From assembly GCA_049970895.1 (NCBI GenBank), contig JBMFMB010000001.1, positions 64,001 through 128,000 on the forward strand: a DNA stretch of 64,000 bases. The letters run 5' to 3'. This document shows positions 28,783 through 37,033 of this stretch, piece after piece; position 1 is the stretch's first letter; the number at the start of each line of letters is the position of its first letter. Source of the DNA: Candidatus Bathyarchaeia archaeon (lineage in GTDB: Archaea > Thermoproteota > Bathyarchaeia > Bathyarchaeales > Bathycorpusculaceae). Made by a program: the position numbers and the translations under genes. The notes under the pieces are model-generated. The model searched no databases and was not told the origin of the DNA. It was given only the letters and a program-made list of their open reading frames with translations.

Positions 28783-29682
28783 TTAATGCGTCCGCGATTT
28801 TTCAATGCTCGCCAGAGACTCAAAAATTATCTTTGCTGCTTGGATTGCTGTGACCCCAAAATCATAATTTGGAGCAACTTCCACAACATCCAATCCCACA
28901 ACATGCTTGTCGCATATGCCACATAAAATGTCCAGCAAAGTGTGGCTTTCAAGACCGTCTGGTTCGGGATTCTGCACTGCCGGTGCATAGGCTGGGTCTA
29001 AAACGTCCATGTCTGCAGAGACATAAACACTTTCTATATTGGCGAGTTTCCGCTTTAAGGCTTTCAGCATCTGCTCTACGCCTTCCCTCCTAATTTGTTG
29101 GGCTGTTATAAATTCTATTCCAGCTTTTTTCGCGTAGTCAAGCTCTTCTCTGCAGACGGCCCTAGTGCCAACCTCCAAGATTTTTGCTGGCTTTAGCTGC
29201 TCATTTAGTCTTCGCATAAAAGTTGTGTGGGAAACCTTCAACCCCATAAACTCGTCTCTCAAATCAAGGTGTGCATCAAAACTTAAAATGGCTGTCTTGG
29301 AGGCTCTATTGCCAAAACCCTTCAAAACGCCCAGCGTGACCGTGTGCTCCCCACCAACTACAATGGGCGTTTTTCCGGCCTCTATGATTTCGCCAACAAC
29401 TTTCGCGAGTCTTTCAAGGGTTTGCTCTGTGTCTGTTGAAACGTGCAAGTCGCCCAAATCATGAAGGTGCAGCTTTTCCATGTCTATGCCGCTGCGGAAA
29501 CTGTAGGTTTCGATGTTTAGAGAAGCCTCCCTTATGGCGGCTGGTCCAAACCTGGCGCCAGTGCGATAAGTGCTTGTAACATCAAATGGCACGCCTAGAA
29601 CCACGTAGTCGGCTTCCTCAAAAGTTTTTTGAAAACCGCTGAAAACGGCTGAATGTGAAACATATAAGTCGCGATAACTCAT
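28783..29682 (-). CDS. speB: Agmatinase
   Basis: GARFGPAAIR, GGEHT, DAHLD, DMDVLDP, DVVEVAP. Confidence 0.9.
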   Translation of the reverse strand: MSYRDLYVSHSAVFSGFQKTFEEADYVVLGVPFDVTSTYRTGARFGPAAIREASLNIETYSFRSGIDMEKLHLHDLGDLHVSTDTEQTLERLAKVVGEIIEAGKTPIVVGGEHTVTLGVLKGFGNRASKTAILSFDAHLDLRDEFMGLKVSHTTFMRRLNEQLKPAKILEVGTRAVCREELDYAKKAGIEFITAQQIRREGVEQMLKALKRKLANIESVYVSADMDVLDPAYAPAVQNPEPDGLESHTLLDILCGICDKHVVGLDVVEVAPNYDFGVTAIQAAKIIFESLASIEKSRTH

Positions 29683-29752
29683 CCTCTAATCCATCCACTA
29701 GTAAACGCTAAAACAGTTTAACCTAGGAAGCTCTAAACTCTTTCGCTTATCT

Positions 29753-30087
29753 CTAGTAAACTTCCAATTTCTTCTCTACCGCCGTCTTTATGGCATCTAA
29801 ACCCCACAGTTTCTGCCCCTTAAAAACTAATGTTGGGGTCTTATTAACGCCGGCAATTTTTGCCTTAAGGCGGGTTGGTGCATCTGCCAAAACTGAGATC
29901 AACAACCTTGAACGGGATGCGAGATTTTTCCAGAAATTTAATGACCTTTCTATCCCCTTCTGTTAAGGTGAATTCCGTTTTGGTTACGCGATAACCAGCG
30001 CCGCACCAGTGACCCCAGTTGGGCATGGTGTATTCTACATGCTCAACTTTTCTCAGATTTAACATATAAAATTGCTACTTCCGACAT
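29753..30087 (-). pseudogene. Glutaredoxin/thioredoxin-fold-like gene interrupted by two +1 homopolymer frameshifts
   Basis: Removing one base from each run (30048-51 and 29889-92) gives a 110-aa ORF MSEVAILYVKSEKVEH...WGHWCGAG...IPFKVVDLS...GVNKTPTLVFKG... Confidence 0.6.
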
Positions 30088-30162
30088 CTTCAGTTCCAGA
30101 ATAATAATTGGTGAAACGGAAAATTTAAGTTTGGTACACGGCAAGCCGCTGAAAAGAACTTG

Positions 30163-30791
30163 TTATAGGCTTGTTATGGCATATGGGAATGCTGGTATCT
30201 CCGCGATATATAATGAGCCGTTGAAATTCATTTTAACGACATTCCATTCCGTGCCATTATTGTATGAGAGCAATAACTCTTTCACGCCGCTTGCAAGGGA
30301 TGGTTCCGTCGCATTCGCAATAATTAAGACGGTTCCGTTGTAGTTGGGTTGGGCTGGAACCCGCTTAACATATGTTATGACCGGTGGGTGGAAATCGCTA
30401 ACAATGTACGCGTACTCCTTCGAGCATGCCTTGTTCCCAGCCCTATCATAGGCACAAACCAAATAGGCAACTGTGGAGTTGTAGCGCTGCGGCGGAATTT
30501 CAGCAAAAAACAAGTTGCCATTCCTACCCATGTTCACCGTCACGTTTTCTTGACTGTTAACCTTGTGGCATAGGGTTGCGTTAGCTACTCCGCTTTTAGA
30601 ATCCGTTATGTAAGCTAAAACAAGAACACTGTCCTCTATTCTGGCTTCATAGGATACTGATAAACATAGTGGATCTTTGGAGGCTTTCGGTCCTTGCGGT
30701 GGCACGCATTAACCGCAAAAACTTGCACAAGGCTTATTGCTAAAACTAGGAGGGCTATGGATAGGAGTATAAATGCCTTTCTTTTTCGCAT
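30163..30791 (-). pseudogene. Frameshifted, 3'-truncated secreted repeat (surface) protein
   Basis: Signal peptide MRKRKAFILLSIALLVLA; two roughly 95-aa repeats (D..PP.I..V...P..P.Y...V...A..T...SGV...AEIP); one-base deletion at about 30636; second repeat cut short. Confidence 0.7.
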
Positions 30792-30957
30792 TCTCCTTTC
30801 TCCCAGAAAAGCACTATCCTCTCCCATATAAAAAGGGTGTTTCGAAACGGAAATATTCGTGGATTTAAGGAGTTTAGAGCCAAAAACTGACCGTTCAAAG
30901 CATATGATTTATTAACCATGTTTTCAATTTAATGCATTAATTTCAGAGGCATCTGCC

Positions 30958-31317
30958 ATGGGATTCAGATCAAGGCTTACAATTGAAAACATAGGTTTAC
31001 TTTTAGCCTCAATTTTCTACGCTGTTGTTGGTGTTGTCTGCTTTGTCATTTTAGCCACGATGGACTATGAGCTTGTTCATATTGGTTTGATTGGGATAAT
31101 AAGCCTAGCCACAGCCTACGGCTTGTTTAGGCGAAGAAAATGGGCCCTCTGGAGCGCCTTCGTACTGTTCTTTATGAACACGACGTTCTCTCTTTCTATG
31201 CTATACTACACCATGGGGGGCAATGTTCTTATAGATGCGGCCATGGTTCTGTACCTAGTCTTTACATGGGTTGCCACAATTTATTTAGCTGCCCGAAGAA
31301 AGAAGCTCGAATTTTAA
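30958..31317 (+). CDS. Small four-TM membrane protein
   Basis: Four hydrophobic helices; GLFRRRKWA loop. Confidence 0.7.
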   Translation: MGFRSRLTIENIGLLLASIFYAVVGVVCFVILATMDYELVHIGLIGIISLATAYGLFRRRKWALWSAFVLFFMNTTFSLSMLYYTMGGNVLIDAAMVLYLVFTWVATIYLAARRKKLEF

Positions 31318-32567
31318 CTCGTCACATCCTCTAATCTTTTGAATAAGTGAACCGTGACCCCCTCATCCATGTCGACAAACTGCTGGTTTTCTGGAATTTC
31401 CACAAAGCCGTCAGCCCTTAGAAGGGTTGTTATAGCTCCAGAAAGTCCAGTTGAGACGGGTTCTGCTATTAGCCGCTTCGACTTGTCTCTTTTGAGTTTG
31501 ACCATGATGAAGGTGCGTCTCCCCCGTGCTGGAAACATCCGTGTTGATGCAAAAGCCTTAATGGTGGTCGCTTCCGTTACTTTTCTTCCAGCCATACGCT
31601 CTATTATTGGACGCACCAGTAAGTGGAAGATTAGCAGTGCTGAGGTTGGATGCCCGGGGAGGGCGAAAATGGGTTTGCCGTCTATTACGGCGACTGTTGT
31701 TGGTTTTCCAGGTTTTGTGGCCATTCCACAAACAATCAAGCCCGGTTTTCCAAGAAGGCTGAGGGTTTTTGGAATAACATCTTTTGGGCCGACTGAAACT
31801 CCGCCAGAGGTCACAACTATGTCTGCTAATGTCAAAGCCCTTTTTAATGCCTTTTCAAGCTCGTTTTGGTCGTCTGGAAAAACTCCCATGTAAACTGGTT
31901 TTCCGCCACTCTCCAACACGGCTGTGCTTAGACTATAAGCATTAATATCATAAATTTTCCCGGGGACTAGTGGCTTGCCCGGTTCTGTTACTTCCGCACC
32001 CGTTGATAAGACAGCTACACGTGGAATCTTGTAAACCCTTACTTTTGAGATTCCAACAGCGGCTAGGGCGCCTATTTCTCGCGCGCCTAAAAGTTGCCCC
32101 TGTTTGACAACTGTTTCGCCCCTTTTTATGTCTGCTCCGGCTTTCATGACATTTTCGTCCTCCGCCACTGCAGAGTAAACGTAAAGGTCGCTGTCTTTCC
32201 GCTCGGTGTTTTCAGCCATTACAACGGCGTCGGCGCCTTCTGGAATTGGGGCGCCAGTCATTATTTCTGCGGCTGTTCCCTTTTCCACCTTAATTTTTGG
32301 CATTTCCCCAACATTTACTGCTCCGCAAAGCCTCAACTTTACTGGTCTATTTTCATCCGCGCCAAAAGTGTCTTCTGCTTTTACGGCGTAGCCGTCCACT
32401 GTGGCACGGTTGAAAGGTGGAATGTCCAATAGAGCGGTTACATCTTCTGCTAGGACGCGGTTACACGCCTCTAAAAGTCGAACTTCCTCTACGCCTAACG
32501 GTTTGGCCTCAAAATTTCTTTGAATGGCTTGCTTTGCCTCTTCAAAAGTTAAAAGTTTCCTAAACAT
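31314..32567 (-). CDS. moeA: Molybdopterin molybdotransferase MoeA (copy 2)
   Basis: PPFNRATVDGYAV, MTGAPIPEGADAVVM, TSGGVSVG, KPGKP, LPGHP. Confidence 0.95.
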   Translation of the reverse strand: MFRKLLTFEEAKQAIQRNFEAKPLGVEEVRLLEACNRVLAEDVTALLDIPPFNRATVDGYAVKAEDTFGADENRPVKLRLCGAVNVGEMPKIKVEKGTAAEIMTGAPIPEGADAVVMAENTERKDSDLYVYSAVAEDENVMKAGADIKRGETVVKQGQLLGAREIGALAAVGISKVRVYKIPRVAVLSTGAEVTEPGKPLVPGKIYDINAYSLSTAVLESGGKPVYMGVFPDDQNELEKALKRALTLADIVVTSGGVSVGPKDVIPKTLSLLGKPGLIVCGMATKPGKPTTVAVIDGKPIFALPGHPTSALLIFHLLVRPIIERMAGRKVTEATTIKAFASTRMFPARGRRTFIMVKLKRDKSKRLIAEPVSTGLSGAITTLLRADGFVEIPENQQFVDMDEGVTVHLFKRLEDVTS

Positions 32568-33810
32568 CCGCGCCGAAAGCCTCCAATGTGTCAAATAGGT
32601 GAACTTGGACTGTTTCGCCTTCTTCTAGTCCTTCGCGGTTTTCTGGGACAATAACATATCCATTAGCCCTTGTCAATGTTGAAATTATGCTGGAGCCCCT
32701 AGCGCTTATTGGTTCAGCGTAAAACTCCCCGTTCTGCTGGAAGACACGAACACGGACAAAGGTTTTTCTTCCAAGGGCTGTGGAAGTTCGCCTCGTAAGC
32801 CTCGCCGTCACAACTGGTCTGGGCTCATTTTCAATGCCCTGCATTTTTAGGATTAATGGTCTTGCGAAAACCTCAAAGCCGAAGAAGGCTGCCACCGGAT
32901 TGCCAGAAAGCACTACTATTGGCTTATCATTTACGATGGCTAGGGCTGTGGGCATTGCTGGGCGCATGGCAACCCCGTGAACGAGAACACCTGGCTCACC
33001 AAGCCTGTTTATGACTGTTGGAACCATGTCTGATGCCCCGACGCTCGTTCCGCCAGTTGTTATTACAGCGTCTGCCCCTTCCAGTCCATGCTTTAGCTTT
33101 TCTGAAATCTCGTGAACATCATCTTTGGCTATTCCGAGGTCTATGGGCTCTGCGCCAAGTTCACAGCATAAGGAAGCAAGCAAAACCCTATTCGTCTCGT
33201 AGATTTGGTCTTCCCGTGGCTTTCTTCCAGCTTCAACAAGCTCGTTTCCAGTGGCCAAAATCGCCACTTTAGGCTTTTCAAAAACTTTTACTTTGCTTCT
33301 GCCAAGTGCTGATATTAAGGCTAAATGGTGGGGTTTTAGGCGGGTTCCAGCCTTTAATGCGATTTCGCCTTTTGCTACGTCTTCTCCTCGTTTAGAAACA
33401 TTCTCGCCAGGTGTGACAGCAGTCCAAACCTCTATCTCGCTGTCGCCGACTGGCTTAACGTTTTCCAGCATTAAAACGGCGTCTGAACCTTTTGGTAGAG
33501 GGTTTCCAGTCCAAACTGGCTTGGCTTCGCCACTTTTCACCTCGCTTGCGTTTGTCAGTTTTAGGGTTTTAGGCTTAAACTGGGAGGCGCCAAAGGTGTC
33601 TTCGGCTTTCACGGCATAACCGTCGACCGCTGAGCGGTCAAACCTTGGCAAGTCTTCTTCTGCAATGAGGTCTTCTGCCAAAACACGGTTGAGCGCACTC
33701 CATAACAGGACCATTTCGGTTTTCCGCTGCCCAAATTTTAGGCTGTTGAAAAAGAGTTTTCTTGCTTCCTCAATTGTTGCGAGCTTTTGGAAGCCCCTTA
33801 GCCTAACCAA
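32560..33810 (-). CDS. moeA: Molybdopterin molybdotransferase MoeA (copy 1)
   Basis: PRFDRSAVDGYAV, ATGNEL, TGGTSVG, LSGNP. Confidence 0.93.
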   Translation of the reverse strand: MVRLRGFQKLATIEEARKLFFNSLKFGQRKTEMVLLWSALNRVLAEDLIAEEDLPRFDRSAVDGYAVKAEDTFGASQFKPKTLKLTNASEVKSGEAKPVWTGNPLPKGSDAVLMLENVKPVGDSEIEVWTAVTPGENVSKRGEDVAKGEIALKAGTRLKPHHLALISALGRSKVKVFEKPKVAILATGNELVEAGRKPREDQIYETNRVLLASLCCELGAEPIDLGIAKDDVHEISEKLKHGLEGADAVITTGGTSVGASDMVPTVINRLGEPGVLVHGVAMRPAMPTALAIVNDKPIVVLSGNPVAAFFGFEVFARPLILKMQGIENEPRPVVTARLTRRTSTALGRKTFVRVRVFQQNGEFYAEPISARGSSIISTLTRANGYVIVPENREGLEEGETVQVHLFDTLEAFGADV

Positions 33811-33876
33811 AATTGGAAGTCACCCACAAACAGAACACAAACTTTATAGAAAAAGATATCGCAGAAGGCTGGGCTG

Positions 33877-34740
33877 TTAAGTCTTCATTACTTTCCTGAG
33901 GATGTCTCGCATTTTTATGGCGTCAACATCCAATATTGGGCTTTCGCTTATTATGACTGGGGTTAGTCTAAAATCGGCTATGACCTTTGCCAGCATCTCA
34001 AAATCTGGTCCATAACCAGCCTCATCCATTGTGTGGTGGCACTTCTCCCCCTTATCGGTGAACTCAACCTTTGTGAAGTGGCAATGCATGTTTTTTACGG
34101 CTTCCGTTCCCAAACGTTTCTCAACTTCCTCCACAACCACACGAAAGTCGTCAACAGTTTTGAAGCGCCCACGGTTCCTCGCGTGCAGGTGCGCCCAATC
34201 TATGACTGGTTGGGTTTGCTCAACATGTTCACATAAAGCCAAAACCTCTTCTAAACTGCCAAACTGAGTTGGCTTCCCCATGGTTTCCGGGCCAAGCTTA
34301 ACTTCGCTTATACCAAGAGTCCTAAGCCTTTCAACAACATCCTTCATGGCTTCGAGGCATTCCCAGAAAACCTCTTTTGGAGGTTTTCTGCCATAAAACC
34401 CTGGGTGAAAGACGACAATTTGGGAGCCCATCCACTGAGATGCAGTGGCACACGCGATTAGGCGGTCTTTGCTGGCTTCAACAGTTTCTTTCCCACCACA
34501 CAAGTTTATGAAGTAGGAGCCATGAAGGCTTAAAACGACATCGTTCTCCCTAGCCTTCAACCCCAATTTTTCGGCGTCTTCCCTTCTAATTTGGGGCTTT
34601 GCACCCCAACGCACAGCTTGATATTCAAAGGCGTCTAAACCCTCTTCCCGTAGCAGTCTCGGAACATCTGTTAGGGCGGCTTTCATAGCCTTAAAACTTG
34701 GGGGTACCCCTGCCGGACCAAACCTTGGACGGTCAGCCAT
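33877..34740 (-). CDS. nfo: Endonuclease IV-like AP endonuclease (TIM barrel)
   Basis: SLHGSYFINL, VFHPGFY, PETMGK, IDWAHLHAR, HCHF, IISESP. Confidence 0.88.
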   Translation of the reverse strand: MADRPRFGPAGVPPSFKAMKAALTDVPRLLREEGLDAFEYQAVRWGAKPQIRREDAEKLGLKARENDVVLSLHGSYFINLCGGKETVEASKDRLIACATASQWMGSQIVVFHPGFYGRKPPKEVFWECLEAMKDVVERLRTLGISEVKLGPETMGKPTQFGSLEEVLALCEHVEQTQPVIDWAHLHARNRGRFKTVDDFRVVVEEVEKRLGTEAVKNMHCHFTKVEFTDKGEKCHHTMDEAGYGPDFEMLAKVIADFRLTPVIISESPILDVDAIKMRDILRKVMKT

Positions 34741-34751
34741 CCCCTAAGCCC

Positions 34752-35663
34752 CTATCTGCTCTTTACCCTTCTAGGGCGATAACTTTTTCGCGTCAAAAAC
34801 CCATAGGAGAATGCCGCCAAAGCCGAAAACCAAGCTGCAACATTTTGGAAAATAAGATACTTGCCAACTGGAGGCAAATCCACGAGGGGCTTAGTTAAGC
34901 CTCCTAAAGCCGAAAGGAAACCCCGCAAGGCTGGCGCTGCAGAAATTATGGCATTATTTATGGATGAGCAAAGCCACTCGATGGGACCTAAAGCTGAAAC
35001 AAAGCCCTTCAAAGAGTTGTTCACAGATCTTACAAATTGTAGAAGGGATGGGTTCCCCTGGTAAATGCTTGAAAAAGCCGTGTAAATTAGCCCAGGGTAG
35101 ACGATAGCCGAAACCAATAGGATGAGGGCTGAAAAAATGAGAATGGTTATCAAAGCGCTTTTTATTGTCGCCCTTGCAAAGATAACCTTTCTCCAGATAT
35201 AGGAGACCCCCTTAATCCGCAAAAGTCCAGACTTTATCCTACCAAAAATTTTCTTTATGGCGCCACCTATTCTGGACGTGAGTTTCTCAGTTTTCTGAGT
35301 TTGCCCCTTCTTTTGCTGTTTGGTTTTTGGCTTTCCTTCTAGTGGTTTTTGAGGCTGCATAGCCGCGTATTTTATCATGCAAATCCAACTGAAGACAAGA
35401 GCAACAATAACCGATAAGGGGACAAGATGGAAAAGTGGGCTTACGACAATTTTTATGGCCCAGTTTGTTCCTGGAAACTGAAAGCTTCCCTTCAACGGGT
35501 TTTCTTCCTTAACTCCAAGGGAAATGGCGTAGAGAACAACGGCGTACTCGATGAGAGCGGCTGTCATGAGGAACAGGATTATTGCCGTTAAACCCTTAAC
35601 GGTTGCCCATCGAAGTATTAAACGCCTAGACAATCGATCACCACTATGCCTAGCCTCTCGCAA
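34752..35663 (-). CDS. Hypothetical membrane protein
   Basis: Long ORF with about four TM segments and a basic loop. Confidence 0.65.
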   Translation of the reverse strand: MREARHSGDRLSRRLILRWATVKGLTAIILFLMTAALIEYAVVLYAISLGVKEENPLKGSFQFPGTNWAIKIVVSPLFHLVPLSVIVALVFSWICMIKYAAMQPQKPLEGKPKTKQQKKGQTQKTEKLTSRIGGAIKKIFGRIKSGLLRIKGVSYIWRKVIFARATIKSALITILIFSALILLVSAIVYPGLIYTAFSSIYQGNPSLLQFVRSVNNSLKGFVSALGPIEWLCSSINNAIISAAPALRGFLSALGGLTKPLVDLPPVGKYLIFQNVAAWFSALAAFSYGFLTRKSYRPRRVKSR

Positions 35664-35739
35664 ATTTTGCTCTAGGAATATGAGAAAATCAAGTTAAAAA
35701 ACATGACTGTTAAAACTTCGCTTCGCTACGAATTTCAGC

Positions 35740-35898
35740 TCATTGCAACGGAAATTCATATCCACATTTCGGGCACTTTGCATAGCCACAATGGACTGTT
35801 GAGGGACACCCTGAACATGCAAAGGCTCTACCATAGGATATGTCGAATGTGAAGCCACATTTTGGACAGCGCACAAGCCTTTTTGCTTGCGTCTTCAT
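35740..35898 (-). CDS. 52-aa Cys-rich metal-binding protein
   Basis: MKTQAKRLVRCPKCG...ACSGCPSTVHCGYAKCPKCGYEF (7 Cys); SD-like AGGTG upstream of the ATG at 35898. Confidence 0.75.
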   Translation of the reverse strand: MKTQAKRLVRCPKCGFTFDISYGRAFACSGCPSTVHCGYAKCPKCGYEFPLQ

Positions 35899-36045
35899 TT
35901 TGGGGCACCTTTGAAAACGACAAGCACTGCAACCCTTTAAAACCTTTCGAAGAAAACGCGTCTCATGGAAAGTTTTAACAATAACAAATTTTATATAGTA
36001 AGGTTTGACCTTAGAGGCTAGTTTGATTGTTGCCAGCATGGGAAA

Positions 36046-37032
36046 TTGATGCTGCAAACGGGAAAAATTGAGAGGGTTAAGCTGTACAAGGACCCGAATG
36101 TTCAGCTTTTCCTAAGTAAATTTTTAAGCGGTGGAATGAGCGAGCTTAAACCAGTTTTTGACCCAAAGTTTGGCTATAGATATGCTGAAGTTGAGGCAAT
36201 TTTGGGGGACGCCTCAAAAGTTGAGGATTTCTTGAACAGGCTTTATGAAGCGAAGGTTATTGAAAGGAAACTTTACGACAAAATGTTATATTGCCCAAGT
36301 TGTGGCTCACAGAACATTTCAACCCATTATTGTTGCCCCTACTGTAAATCCTTCAACATAGAGAAAGGCTCACTAATTGAGCATGTCAAATGTGGCTACA
36401 TGGATGTTGAAGAAAACTTCAGAAAGGGCGGAAAACTCGTCTGCCCAAAATGCCACAAAGAGCTAAAAAAGCCCGAAGTTGACTATAGGAAGGCTGGAAT
36501 TTGGTGTACGTGCAAGGACTGCGGCAAAAGCTTTGACATACCCGTCACGAGACATTTCTGCCGCGAATGCCAAGCAGACTTTACTTTTGAGGAAGTTGAA
36601 ATTCGAGACGTTTACGCCTATACACTGAATGAAGAAGTGAAGGGCGAAATAACAGCCGGATGGATCTTCGTCACGCCGATAAAGGAGTTTCTTGTTGAAA
36701 GCGGGTTTGAGGTTGAGGCTCCAGCCTTTCTGAAGGGCAAGTCTGGCGCGAACCACATGTTTGACATAGCCGCCTACCGAAAGGAAATAACCAAAAAGGT
36801 GACGGTTATGGATGTGGCAACAGCAACAGAGGACATAGTTTCAGAACAGCCAGTAATAGCCCTCTTCGCAAAAATCTATGATGTAGTGCCGGACAGCGCC
36901 TTCCTCATAGCCATTCCAAAGCTGAGTGAAAACGCGAAAAAGATGGCTGAACTCTACAACATTAAGGTTATTGAGGCTAAGGATTCGAAAGAAGTTATGA
37001 AAGCTCTTAAGGATAAACTTGTCAGGAAATAG
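36046..37032 (+). CDS. TackOD1-like multi-zinc domain fused to a restriction-endonuclease-like domain
   Basis: Winged-helix-like N-terminus; CPSC, CPYC, HVKC, CPKC, CKDC, CREC; C-terminal GKSGANHMFDI. Confidence 0.7.
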   Translation: MMLQTGKIERVKLYKDPNVQLFLSKFLSGGMSELKPVFDPKFGYRYAEVEAILGDASKVEDFLNRLYEAKVIERKLYDKMLYCPSCGSQNISTHYCCPYCKSFNIEKGSLIEHVKCGYMDVEENFRKGGKLVCPKCHKELKKPEVDYRKAGIWCTCKDCGKSFDIPVTRHFCRECQADFTFEEVEIRDVYAYTLNEEVKGEITAGWIFVTPIKEFLVESGFEVEAPAFLKGKSGANHMFDIAAYRKEITKKVTVMDVATATEDIVSEQPVIALFAKIYDVVPDSAFLIAIPKLSENAKKMAELYNIKVIEAKDSKEVMKALKDKLVRK

Positions 37033-37033
37033 C

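Noticed and set aside
30636-30638. In-gene TAG as possible pyrrolysine or readthrough site
   Set aside because: The continuation is in a different frame; a one-base deletion explains it
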